A stretch of DNA of 64,000 nt from Candidatus Aceula meridiana. Lineage in GTDB: Bacteria > Omnitrophota > Gorgyraeia > Zapsychrales > Aceulaceae. The stretch is from NCBI GenBank assembly GCA_030765185.1, contig JAVCDE010000024.1, positions 443,538-507,537 of the forward strand, written 5' to 3'. The stretch's first letter is position 1, and each line of letters begins with the position of its first letter. Under the pieces are notes generated by a model, which was given only the letters and a program-made list of their open reading frames with translations, was not told where the DNA came from and did no database searches. Below are positions 37,369 through 46,515 of the stretch, piece by piece. Position numbers and translations under genes: made by a program.

Positions 37369-37794
37369 CTACTTTGTGCTCCATTGACCGTCTTCAAGCT
37401 GAATTTTCTCGCCGGGTTCTGCGTTATCCCTTTGAGTTTGAGCAAAAACTTTCTCAATCGTAGCGATGGCACTCTCAAGATTATTCTGCCTGGCAATCGT
37501 TTGATAAATGATTTTTCTGTCCTTATTTTCTAAATCAACGAGCCTTTTGACATCTGCTTCATCCGAAAAAGCATCCACATATCCTCGATTATTTTCTCCA
37601 GCTTTACCCTGCTGCTTTATTCTCTGTAGCTCATCATAACGACTTCTACGGTCTTCTAAAGCAGACATAACTTCAGGCGTCATTTCCTTGATCGTATATT
37701 TCTCAGCAGCCCAGACAATAGGAGCCAAAGATGTCATGGATACCATTGATATTATAAAAAAGAACATTAAAAAAATAGAAACTTTGCGAAACAT
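37369..37794 (-). CDS. YdbL/DUF1318 family protein
   Basis: GKAGENNRGY, LVDLENKDR..IY, IQ..DG.W..K. Confidence 0.85.
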   Translation of the reverse strand: MFRKVSIFLMFFFIISMVSMTSLAPIVWAAEKYTIKEMTPEVMSALEDRRSRYDELQRIKQQGKAGENNRGYVDAFSDEADVKRLVDLENKDRKIIYQTIARQNNLESAIATIEKVFAQTQRDNAEPGEKIQLEDGQWSTK

Positions 37795-37804
37795 GTTTTC
37801 CTCC

Positions 37805-38014
37805 TTATTTTTCTATGGGTAAGCTTTTCTTTGATGTCTTGCCGCTAACATAATCTTCGATGCCTGTTGCGGTGTTCTGCAAGCCGTTAATGTCCACCAC
37901 AATATGGGCATTAATAGTAATCGGACGATTAGGGTCGCCCACTGCCTTAACCGTACACCCTACGGCTAAAAAAGCAAAGACCAAAAACATAAAAGGAATA
38001 TTATTACGAATCAT
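37805..38014 (-). CDS. YnbE-like lipoprotein
   Basis: Lipobox AVGC, PITINAHIVVDI; between the ydbH-like and ydbL-like genes. Confidence 0.75.
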   Translation of the reverse strand: MIRNNIPFMFLVFAFLAVGCTVKAVGDPNRPITINAHIVVDINGLQNTATGIEDYVSGKTSKKSLPIEK

Positions 38015-38018
38015 TGGC

Positions 38019-39047
38019 TTAAGATCCTTTCTTAAAAAAAGAAAATTGGTTAAGGTTCTTCAAAAGGCTTTGTATTCCGCCTTCAATTATAACATCAACG
38101 GTAACATTTATATCAAGATTAAGATACTCGCTTTGAATTCGAATATCAGCAGAAATAGTTTTAGAATCTTGGTCGGCCAAGTTCATTTGTGCATTATTCA
38201 CGCGAATACGGCCGTTATTTTTAATAACCGCTTTGATGTTTTCTCTCTGAGTGCTCTTTGGGATATAGGGCAATAACGGCTCAAGCATTTTGGCCTGAAT
38301 TTCTCCATCCTCTCCAAGACGCATATCCAGGTCAATATTTTCAATTCCCCCGGCCGGGCCAATGACCTCGATGACTCCGTATATCCGACCCCGCACCTGC
38401 GAAAAAAATGACAAATTGATATCTTCCATTTCTGCGGTATCCAACCCCTCAAATGCTATGTCCGCCTCATAATGTGGGGTCGGTACAAAATAAACATGCG
38501 CGTTTCCGGTGATTTTTCCTTTATAAGAATCTCCGCTGATCCCTGAGATAACAGCGTCTTTATCTGTTACAACCACCTTTGCATTAATGCCTTTCACCTG
38601 AAAACCATTGCTCTCAACTTTCTTAGCAGAGGCCGGGCCGGACCACTTTTGCATGCTCTCTGAAACAAGCTCAATATTCAATCCTTCTAGGCGAAAAGCT
38701 GAAGACCTAACCGCACCCTCCTTTATCTGCAAAATCGTTCCCTTTCCCGAAGAAAAAATATTCATAACTTCAGATATCTTAATCTCTCCGAAGCTCATCA
38801 TATAGGTGTCTTTGCCTTGTTTAAGCGTCAGAGATACATCTTCAAGCGTAAACTGCCGCGGCAAGTTGCAAGCCTGGTTTTTAATGACCAAGTCATTCAT
38901 AGTGACATCAGCCAAAAATTTGTTTGAGCTGAACATTAGAATGCTTCCCATGATTTTCGGAGAAGAGCACGCAGTCAAAAAAATTGCAAAGCCCACAATA
39001 ACGGTAAGGACAATGAGAATAAAAAGGATTTTTAAAAATATTTTCAT
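38019..39047 (-). CDS. YdbH/AsmA-like protein
   Basis: N-terminal TM and beta-rich body; synteny with ynbE-ydbL. Confidence 0.65.
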   Translation of the reverse strand: MKIFLKILFILIVLTVIVGFAIFLTACSSPKIMGSILMFSSNKFLADVTMNDLVIKNQACNLPRQFTLEDVSLTLKQGKDTYMMSFGEIKISEVMNIFSSGKGTILQIKEGAVRSSAFRLEGLNIELVSESMQKWSGPASAKKVESNGFQVKGINAKVVVTDKDAVISGISGDSYKGKITGNAHVYFVPTPHYEADIAFEGLDTAEMEDINLSFFSQVRGRIYGVIEVIGPAGGIENIDLDMRLGEDGEIQAKMLEPLLPYIPKSTQRENIKAVIKNNGRIRVNNAQMNLADQDSKTISADIRIQSEYLNLDINVTVDVIIEGGIQSLLKNLNQFSFFKKGS

Positions 39048-39205
39048 AGAATTATATTTTAGATGAAAACTTTGTATAAATCAACTGAGCTAAGGCATCG
39101 TATGCAAAGAATGAGGCAAAGACAAGAAGAGAAAAATAGCAAGAGTCGCGCCACTCCACCGCTTATTGAACAAGGAAGGCGAAGCACGCAGCCAATCGTA
39201 AAAAT

Positions 39206-40666
39206 CTAATCTAATTCTTCCGGAGATTCGATGCAACTTGATAATTCTTTTTGAATATCCTCCGAAACCTCTGGAAAATAAACGCCGACGCGGTACAACT
39301 CGCCCTCTGCCTTTTCTTTACGCATAACCTTACACGTCAGCTCAAAGGAAGCCTCGCCTCGAGGTCGATAAATCCGACATAAAAGTTCTTTATCAAGAAT
39401 ATCCTCAGTGGAAAGAAGCAACATTCCTCTTTTTGAGATATTGGCTATCTCAAGAGCTTTAACATTTTCTTTTTTCGACGGATCAATCATTTCAATCTTA
39501 GTGCCTGAGGTAGGATTAAGCCTTATCATCCTTCTTCTTTCCGAGACCGATTTGTTTTTTCCTTCACGTTTCGCTTGGCGTAGGGCACTGTCGGCAACCC
39601 AAATCAATTCCTTAAGATCGCTTGCATTGTTCGGAAAAACAGCTATTCCCGCGCTAAACTTTAATTTAAGCTCGCTTTCGTTCTTTGCATGCGGTGAAGT
39701 TATCTTTTTTTGGTTAAAATCATGACGGATTCTATCTAAAACCACAAAGGCAGGCTGTGAATCTGATTCCGGAAGAATGATGATAAACTCATCTCCTCCG
39801 TATCGGCCCACGATATCTATATTTCTGATATTCTTTTTAATAATACTGGCAAAAGTAACCAAGGCATCATTACCTGCCAAATGGCTATGCTCGTCATTGA
39901 TCTGCTTAAATTGATCGATATCAATCATGATGATACTGACTTTTTTGTGATGGCGCTTGGACCGGGCGATCTCCTTTTCTAAAAGCTCCATGGTCGATTT
40001 GAAATTTACACAACCCGTGAGTCCGTCGTGACTAGCCAGATCCTTTATTTTTTCTTCTGCCTCCTTGCGCCTGGTAATATCCTCGATCGAGAGCAAAATA
40101 AGCTGCCTCTTGTCGATTTTACGATTGATCTTTCGGGCGTCGAGGATCATTGTTCTCTTTCCGATCCCTGGAAAATGATGCTCCACCTCAAAATTATCAA
40201 AGCTTATCTTGTCAGGAAGGATATCTTCCAGCAGCTCGCGTAGCTTAGGAATATCCCATTGTCGATTACCGAGTTCATAGATATGTTGCCCCTCGGTATT
40301 TTTGCATTCCGCTTTAAAAGTTTTATAAAATGACCGGCTGGCAGAAATGACCCTTAGCCCCGCGTCCAAGACAATTAAAGGGTTACGCACGGTACTGATA
40401 ATTCCGTTAGCGTATTCAAGAGCATCTTCGACCTTTTGCTCTGATTGCTTACGCTTTTCTATCTCGGCATGAAGTTGCCTTTGGATAATTTTTTCTGTGG
40501 ATGTGCGGCTATCGACATGACTCTCGAGCGTCTTCTGAAGTGCGTTTAGTTTCTTTTCTTTTTTTGCCAACCTTGGCCTTAACTTTACAAAATATTCTAT
40601 CTTCTGCTGAAAAGAAACAATAATGTGCTTAAATGCCTGCTGCCAAGTTTTCTTTTTTCTTTCCAT
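39206..40666 (-). CDS. PAS-GGDEF diguanylate cyclase with C-terminal PilZ domain
   Basis: RYGGDEF with RNID I-site; ERRRMIR and NISKRG PilZ motifs. Confidence 0.9.
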   Translation of the reverse strand: MERKKKTWQQAFKHIIVSFQQKIEYFVKLRPRLAKKEKKLNALQKTLESHVDSRTSTEKIIQRQLHAEIEKRKQSEQKVEDALEYANGIISTVRNPLIVLDAGLRVISASRSFYKTFKAECKNTEGQHIYELGNRQWDIPKLRELLEDILPDKISFDNFEVEHHFPGIGKRTMILDARKINRKIDKRQLILLSIEDITRRKEAEEKIKDLASHDGLTGCVNFKSTMELLEKEIARSKRHHKKVSIIMIDIDQFKQINDEHSHLAGNDALVTFASIIKKNIRNIDIVGRYGGDEFIIILPESDSQPAFVVLDRIRHDFNQKKITSPHAKNESELKLKFSAGIAVFPNNASDLKELIWVADSALRQAKREGKNKSVSERRRMIRLNPTSGTKIEMIDPSKKENVKALEIANISKRGMLLLSTEDILDKELLCRIYRPRGEASFELTCKVMRKEKAEGELYRVGVYFPEVSEDIQKELSSCIESPEELD

Positions 40667-40733
40667 GTCTTTTTATCCTTCCTTCATTCGCTTAATTTCA
40701 CAAACACAAAACTTTTCTTTCTATTCTTCAATA

Positions 40734-41783
40734 CTAATCACTTTTATTCATTTCAATGCGTATCCGCGGTAAACATTCCGGGAAGCGTTGTTGCAAGAAC
40801 TCCAGAAGCTTTTCCCGAACTTCACAACGCAGACCCCAGGCAGTAGGAGAATCCGCTGCGCTCATCAGAGCTCTCAGCTCAACTGTTTTTTCAGTTGCAT
40901 TGGTAACCTGCAACACATTGACCTTTTTATCCCACTTTGGGCTGTTTTCCAGAATACGCGTTAATTCATTACGGACTTTTTCCACGGACACAGTATAATC
41001 AGTATAGACAAAAACACTTCCTAATAAATCTGCGGAAGCCCGTGTCCAATTCTCAAACGGTTTCTCAAGAAAATACGATATGGGGACAACTAACCGTCTT
41101 AGATCCCAGATGCGAACGACCACAAAAGTGAGAGTAATTTCCTCGATCCAACCCCATTCATTTTCAATAATAACCACATCGTCCAGCCGAATTGGCTGAG
41201 CAATGGCTATTTGAATTCCAGCGATAAAGTTTCCCAATGTCTTCTGAGCCGCAAAACCTAAGATGATACCAAGCACTCCTGCCGAAGCAAGCAAGCTAAT
41301 GCCAATTTGTCTCACATGAGGAAAAGACATGAGCATAAACGCTATCGTTAAAACAAAAATGCCTACATCGATTATGTTTTCAATTAATCTAATCTGCGTA
41401 AATACCTGTCGAGCCGCAAGGTTGTCTTTTGCTTTCATGTCATAGTTTTCCAAGATTGCTTCGAAAACCATATGAATGACTCTTATCGCAAGCCATCCGA
41501 TAGATGCGATTATCCACAAGGTCACTATATGTGAAATAAAAGCTTGTAAGCCCTCGCTAAACCGCAAAATAGGAAACGCAATTAAAACGCAGACTGCCGG
41601 GATTAACGATCTTAAAGCACCTTTCATTTGTTCAGGGCGTATCTTGACACGCTTTAAAATAACGATACGGCTCCACCTCTTAAATATGAACATAGCAATA
41701 AAGTATATAATTGCGCCTGCAAAAAGAGCTATCGCAATAGTAATTGTAGAAAACAATAAATCGCTAGTTTGCATCTTTATCAT
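40734..41783 (-). CDS. MscS-family mechanosensitive channel
   Basis: GFAAQKTLGNFIAG, PIRLDD.V, G.IEEI. Confidence 0.92.
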   Translation of the reverse strand: MIKMQTSDLLFSTITIAIALFAGAIIYFIAMFIFKRWSRIVILKRVKIRPEQMKGALRSLIPAVCVLIAFPILRFSEGLQAFISHIVTLWIIASIGWLAIRVIHMVFEAILENYDMKAKDNLAARQVFTQIRLIENIIDVGIFVLTIAFMLMSFPHVRQIGISLLASAGVLGIILGFAAQKTLGNFIAGIQIAIAQPIRLDDVVIIENEWGWIEEITLTFVVVRIWDLRRLVVPISYFLEKPFENWTRASADLLGSVFVYTDYTVSVEKVRNELTRILENSPKWDKKVNVLQVTNATEKTVELRALMSAADSPTAWGLRCEVREKLLEFLQQRFPECLPRIRIEMNKSD

Positions 41784-41892
41784 CCTTTGTAATTCTTTTA
41801 TCTAAAAAACATCTATCGCAGCACTGACTATTTATCTAAGGATGGCGGTAGTTAGCCGACCATAAAACCATACAACATCATTCGCTGCAATA

Positions 41893-42087
41893 TCATCCGG
41901 TCTTTGTTGCTGAAAAATATCCAATCCCGAAGCCCAGCAGTATCATTAACGGAATCAAAATGATCTGGGACATAGAAAACTTCCAAAATAAGAAATGAAA
42001 CGCTACGACATGGGTATTCTGAAGCAATACAACGAGTAATAGAATCCCGACGGAAAGAAAAGCTATTTGTTTTGGCTGCATGGACAT
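41893..42087 (-). CDS. LapA/DUF1049-like small membrane protein
   Basis: LLQNT..V.F.FLFW motif, 2 TMs, AAGGAG SD. Confidence 0.8.
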   Translation of the reverse strand: MSMQPKQIAFLSVGILLLVVLLQNTHVVAFHFLFWKFSMSQIILIPLMILLGFGIGYFSATKTG

Positions 42088-42137
42088 CTCTCTCCTTAAT
42101 AATTTAATTTTAATATTTAGTCGACGCTATTTTGCCG

Positions 42138-42245
42138 TTAAAATGTTATCCCAAACAAATTCATTATTGACCTTATGCCGATAGACATGAAAAGGACAGC
42201 TAAAACAGTTACAATAATTCCAATTATTATGCCCTTTGTTTTCAT
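42138..42245 (-). CDS. 35-aa single-TM small protein (not in ORF track)
   Basis: AAGGAG SD; MKTKGIIIGIIVTVLAVLFMSIGIRSIMNLFGITF*. Confidence 0.6.
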   Translation of the reverse strand: MKTKGIIIGIIVTVLAVLFMSIGIRSIMNLFGITF

Positions 42246-42284
42246 TCTTAAATAACTCCTTCTTTTCTTGCAAATTCGCAAGCG

Positions 42285-42452
42285 TTATTTAGGCCACGTC
42301 ATTTCCGCACTATTTTCCCCGCTTTGAATCTTAAAATGCGATCCCTGTTCCGGTGGGGGTGGAGCTTTCGTTGCGCACCCTGTATCCATAGATACAAAAA
42401 GAAATAGTGCGAAGATGAAACAAACATTTTTCGTATTTATCGATATTTTCAA
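42285..42452 (-). CDS. 55-aa putative lipoprotein (not in ORF track)
   Basis: TAAGGAGG SD, TTG start; hydrophobic stretch, then TGCATKAPPPPEQG. Confidence 0.6.
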   Translation of the reverse strand: MKISINTKNVCFIFALFLFVSMDTGCATKAPPPPEQGSHFKIQSGENSAEMTWPK

Positions 42453-42533
42453 TATGTCCTCCTTAATTTCTTTCTCCTTAGTTTTTTAAAGATTCCCCTG
42501 CGCCTGCTTCTAAAAAGGCGCCGGGGATACCAT

Positions 42534-42600
42534 CTATTTCTTTGAGAAAGGTTCCTTCACCATTTGTCTTGGTTCCATCAATGATCACTGTTGCTGTAAT
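42534..42600 (-). pseudogene. Degenerate copy of the C-terminus of the 43039-43617 protein
   Basis: TATVIIDGTK/(frameshift)/MVKEPFSKK* versus AATGTIDGVKVVVKEPFAK. Confidence 0.6.
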
Positions 42601-42957
42601 CTATCTTCCAGCCTGGCCTATCTTGACGTCTATTTCTCTCTTAGCTTTTTCGCAATAATAAACATCGTCCTTAACGTCAATATTATTATACTGTCCCAGT
42701 TTTTCTAGTTTGAAAATAGCGTCGGAAAGATGCGAATTTGCACTACGGTATGATTCTTGAGCTTTAAAGGCAACTGTTGCACATTCGCCTTTCTTTATCC
42801 ACCGGTTAGCTTTTTTATAACTGATGTTCGCTTCTCTTAGCCTAGAATCCCCGGTTAGCTCTTTCTTGTAGGGCGATCCGCATGTAGAGCAAGCACTGAG
42901 CGATGTAATGGCAAGCCCCGCAATCAAGAAAATAAATCCACGACTATATTTCTTCAT
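42601..42957 (-). CDS. Hypothetical lipoprotein
   Basis: Lipobox LSAC; AGGAGG SD. Confidence 0.75.
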   Translation of the reverse strand: MKKYSRGFIFLIAGLAITSLSACSTCGSPYKKELTGDSRLREANISYKKANRWIKKGECATVAFKAQESYRSANSHLSDAIFKLEKLGQYNNIDVKDDVYYCEKAKREIDVKIGQAGR

Positions 42958-43038
42958 TTTATAAGTCCTCCTAAAAAAAGGCTCTCTTTTAAACTATTGC
43001 TTCTTGCCAATTAAAAAATAAAGTTTCTGTAAAAAGAG

Positions 43039-43617
43039 CTACTTCTTTTCTTCGCTTTTTGCAAAAGGTTCTTTAACGACAACTTTGACTCCGTCAATCG
43101 TTCCCGTTGCCGCATTTTTAACTTTGTCCCCGGCCTCGGCGCTTATCTTATACGCTGCTTTAACGGCTCCTGTGGCTGCTGCAGAGACTGCTTTTTCTGC
43201 ATCAATGCCTGTCTCTTTTGTCGAATGGATAACTCCTTTGAGCAGGCCCTTTGTTGCATCTAGCAAATTTCCCCCGGCGTTGCCGGTCGTCTTAATGATC
43301 TTACCGGCTAAAGTTCCGATCGCAGTAAACGCTTCTTCTCCGATTGTCTTGGAGCCCTTTAATATTCCTATGACAAGACCCTTCACGCCATCTTCTAGGC
43401 TCTTTCCGGCTTCAACGATTCCGCTGATACTCGAACTGATGATCTCCTGCGCAGATTCAATTAATGCCGCACCGGTTTTCCCTGTCTCTTTTGCTAAGTT
43501 GCTCACCATTGTACTTACTGTGTCAACAATGGCGTTGACAATATCCCCTGCGCCTGTTATCGCGCTAACAATACTGTCCTTTACTGATTTAATAACTCCT
43601 TTTTTCTCTTCACCCAT
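43039..43617 (-). CDS. Gly/Ala-rich amphipathic helical repeat protein
   Basis: AGGAGGTG SD; repeats such as KGLVIGILKG and KGLLKGVIHS. Confidence 0.75.
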   Translation of the reverse strand: MGEEKKGVIKSVKDSIVSAITGAGDIVNAIVDTVSTMVSNLAKETGKTGAALIESAQEIISSSISGIVEAGKSLEDGVKGLVIGILKGSKTIGEEAFTAIGTLAGKIIKTTGNAGGNLLDATKGLLKGVIHSTKETGIDAEKAVSAAATGAVKAAYKISAEAGDKVKNAATGTIDGVKVVVKEPFAKSEEKK

Positions 43618-43710
43618 TTCACACCTCCTGTTTTTGTTTCTATTTGTTAATTATAATTACAAACCACTGTCCGCCCCGTTATAGACGAGGCGGACAAGTA
43701 GCCCATGAAA

Positions 43711-44496
43711 CTATTTCACTGGCAAAGAATCTGCTATGGTCATATTGTTGATCACGCTTGTCACCCCAATGACATCGTTGGCAACTTTTCCAGCCATGTC
43801 TTTTCCGGCAGGACTATTAGCCTTGCCGCTTAACGTGACAATACCATTATTTGTCGCAACGCCGGTCTTAAAGAAGCTGGTTGAATGATGAGTTAAAAGC
43901 GCCATTTTAATCTGGGCAGTAATAGATGCGTCATCAATTTTCTCCCCCATGGTCTGCTTCGTTTCGCTTGGGGCCTTAACTTTTGGGGTCTTGGCTATTG
44001 TCATTTCGTTCTTTACCTCCTTAACACCATTAATGTCTTTGGCGTATTCACCGGCTAGATCCTTTTGTGCCTGATTTCCAGCTTCACCTTTAAGCGTTAC
44101 GATGCCATCCTTAACGAATACCTGGGTATCACTGCCGCTCACATTCCGGTTATAGAGAAGTGAATATTTCACCTGCATGCTGATCCATCCGTCAGATTTT
44201 TCAGGTGGGCCCTGTAGTTCCAGTTTATTGTAGACGTTTTTGACCCCGGGCATGTTCGCTACCGTTTCTTGGGCCAATGACTTATGGGATTCTTCTGCGA
44301 CGGTGCCCGTCAAGGTGACATAGCCATCCCTGGACTTAAGTTTAATATTATCTTCCGTTAGATACTTTTTAAATACATAAGAACTCTTGGCAGATGATTC
44401 AATGCGATCATCCATTTCTGATGCAAGCGCAGATACGCTCACGAGCAATACCGCGGCCGTAGCCGTGATTAACACTTTCGAATAATTTATTTTCAT
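43711..44496 (-). CDS. OsmY-like protein with three BON domains
   Basis: Signal peptide from ATG 44496; three G.VTL.G...GV..V.N repeats. Confidence 0.9.
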   Translation of the reverse strand: MKINYSKVLITATAAVLLVSVSALASEMDDRIESSAKSSYVFKKYLTEDNIKLKSRDGYVTLTGTVAEESHKSLAQETVANMPGVKNVYNKLELQGPPEKSDGWISMQVKYSLLYNRNVSGSDTQVFVKDGIVTLKGEAGNQAQKDLAGEYAKDINGVKEVKNEMTIAKTPKVKAPSETKQTMGEKIDDASITAQIKMALLTHHSTSFFKTGVATNNGIVTLSGKANSPAGKDMAGKVANDVIGVTSVINNMTIADSLPVK

Positions 44497-44579
44497 AAAA
44501 CACCTTCCTTTGTAATACTGCTTATTTTTTGATTTATCATTCTTAACAACCTGATCTAATCCGACCTCTTTAAAAACTT

Positions 44580-44747
44580 TTATGCTGCTGATCTTTGTCT
44601 TCCGAATATTAAAGAGATAACCGCTAACATCAAGAAAATAACAAACAAAATCTTGGCAATGCCAATAGCTGAACCTGCGATACCTGTAAATCCCAACAAC
44701 GCTGCAACAATCGCAATGACAAAAAATGTTGCTGCCCAATGTAACAT
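44580..44747 (-). CDS. DUF1328 (YtjA-like) small membrane protein (not in ORF track)
   Basis: [35 protein letters not shown]; AAGGAGG SD. Confidence 0.9.
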   Translation of the reverse strand: MLHWAATFFVIAIVAALLGFTGIAGSAIGIAKILFVIFLMLAVISLIFGRQRSAA

Positions 44748-44765
44748 AATGACCTCCTTCCTTAG

Positions 44766-45008
44766 TTAATTAACGGTATCTCTGATAGAATCTGCCACAT
44801 CACGACCTGTATTTCTAATATCATCTCCTAATGATGTCTTTCTAAAAAGTGGCCGTTCTCCGGCGATGGCCCAAATAAGGTAAGCCACCAACAAAATCGT
44901 CAAAATACCCATAGGCTTATATCCCCAAGCCTTGCTGTGCGGCCATGCAGGCAAAGCGACAAAGACCAAAGCAATAATTACAAACAGTAATAACGTTTCA
45001 GTAGACAT
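44766..45008 (-). CDS. DUF3309-like membrane protein
   Basis: LPAWPHSKAWGY.P motif. Confidence 0.8.
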   Translation of the reverse strand: MSTETLLLFVIIALVFVALPAWPHSKAWGYKPMGILTILLVAYLIWAIAGERPLFRKTSLGDDIRNTGRDVADSIRDTVN

Positions 45009-45103
45009 TGAGTTCCTCCTAATTTTTTAAGAACGCAGAACTAGGGCAGCTATCACACACAAGCGTATCGCAAGCCCTAGCCTACATCTTTCTTCACGCG
45101 GTA

Positions 45104-45565
45104 TCACTTGCCTGATAAAGCAACGCGGGCATTTTGCGTTACAGGTAAAACCTGTGCAAAATGCGCCAGCATGTCCTGCGAAGATTCCAACTTAACAATT
45201 TGCATATTACTCTCATGCAGATTCACATCATACCCGGTTTCATTTCTGATAATTCTTTTAATGCTTGCCATGGTGCTATGCTTGGGGTCAAATTTAACCT
45301 GTTTTAAATCCTGAATATCCAAAGAACTTCTGGATGTCCCGGGGAGATAAATCGTCCCATTATTGAAATCAACGGCATAGGCAATGATCCCTGGAACAAA
45401 GAAAAACAACAAACCTATCCCATCTAAAATAGCAACCCCTGCATCAATTTTTCCGCTTTTTTGACCCTTGCGCTCAGGATACAAAAGAGTACCGCATCCG
45501 GTCAGTTGAAAAATCAAAATGGCACAGAGTGAAAATTTAAACACACCTATCAATTTCTTAATCAT
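45104..45565 (-). CDS. Hypothetical lipoprotein
   Basis: LTGCGTLLYPERKGQ..G.ID...LDGIGLLFF.VPG.IA.AVDF. Confidence 0.75.
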   Translation of the reverse strand: MIKKLIGVFKFSLCAILIFQLTGCGTLLYPERKGQKSGKIDAGVAILDGIGLLFFFVPGIIAYAVDFNNGTIYLPGTSRSSLDIQDLKQVKFDPKHSTMASIKRIIRNETGYDVNLHESNMQIVKLESSQDMLAHFAQVLPVTQNARVALSGK

Positions 45566-45610
45566 ATTCCCCTCCTTTTATTTTAATAAAGAATCTTTTT
45601 TGAAAGACCC

Positions 45611-45769
45611 TTAATCATTATGACCAACGGTTCTTTGAATACTTCCTCCAGCATTCTCTATATCTTTCCCCGCGCCCTTCATCATGTTGCAGCCCATAAC
45701 TGAAATCATTAAAATTAGCACGATAAAGACGGGTATCAATTTTACTTTCTGTAAACATTTGTTTCTCAT
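45611..45769 (-). CDS. Entericidin EcnA/B-like lipoprotein
   Basis: MGCNMMKGAGKDIENAGGSI; GGAGGTG SD before ATG 45769. Confidence 0.85.
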   Translation of the reverse strand: MRNKCLQKVKLIPVFIVLILMISVMGCNMMKGAGKDIENAGGSIQRTVGHND

Positions 45770-46035
45770 AACACACCTCCTGACTTTTTTAAAATAAAAA
45801 ATGTTCTCGTCTGACAACTCATCGTATGCATCCCCGAGCTCACAGAATCTTCTTCTTCCTCAACGAAAGCAAAACCTCCCTGGATACTCAAAACGCCGGG
45901 CTTAACCTTTTCACAATAAACAACGCACCGATTAGAATCTTCCTTTGACTTTTTAGGACTCTCGAAAATATTTTGAGGAATAAGACTTCGATAAAACTCC
46001 TCTGCTGCATAATCCGGCATGAGTTCTCTTTCCAT
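45766..46035 (-). CDS. Hypothetical protein
   Basis: AGGGGG SD; stop overlaps the next start (ATGA). Confidence 0.5.
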   Translation of the reverse strand: MERELMPDYAAEEFYRSLIPQNIFESPKKSKEDSNRCVVYCEKVKPGVLSIQGGFAFVEEEEDSVSSGMHTMSCQTRTFFILKKSGGVL

Positions 46036-46051
46036 AACTTCCCCCTTTTTT

Positions 46052-46417
46052 TTAAAACGCCAGGTTAATTAAATCAACTAATGCCTGGTCATTAAACGGC
46101 TTTTGTAAAAATCCCACGGCCCCTGCATCTAAGACTTGGTCTCTAAGGTGGCCATTCTTGTCAGCCGTAATGATAATGACCGGGCGCGTGCAACCGGATT
46201 TAATAAGCTGTTTTATCGTTTCCCATCCATCTAGTCCAGGCATATGAATATCAAGAACTAAACACCCCTCGGCACTATTGGGCACGTCGCTAAAAAATTT
46301 CTCTGCCGAAGAAAATGTCTCCACCTTAAATCCAAACGTAATTAAAAGAAATTTAAGAGCACGGCAAATCGACGCATCATCATCTACAACATAAATTTTC
46401 TTTCTGCCTATAGCCAC
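46052..46417 (-). CDS. Single-domain response regulator (FixT-like receiver)
   Basis: VVDDD, LDIHMP, IIITA, KPF. Confidence 0.9.
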   Translation of the reverse strand: MAIGRKKIYVVDDDASICRALKFLLITFGFKVETFSSAEKFFSDVPNSAEGCLVLDIHMPGLDGWETIKQLIKSGCTRPVIIITADKNGHLRDQVLDAGAVGFLQKPFNDQALVDLINLAF

Positions 46418-46440
46418 TATGCTGCTCTCCTTTTGTTTTC

Positions 46441-46484
46441 AGTGTAGTCCTAATTAAAAATGAATCAATTGTACTTGGGTATAA
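46441..46484 (-). promoter_or_regulatory. Operator-promoter module 1
   Basis: Minus strand TTATAC-CCAA-GTACAA, TTGATT, 16 nt, TACACT. Confidence 0.6.
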
Positions 46485-46515
46485 CTATAACGTAATCGTT
46501 AGACCATCACTTTGT

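Noticed and set aside
44497-44739. N-terminal 81-aa extension of the BON ORF in the track
   Set aside because: It overlaps the DUF1328 gene in another frame; the signal peptide and SD support a start at 44496.
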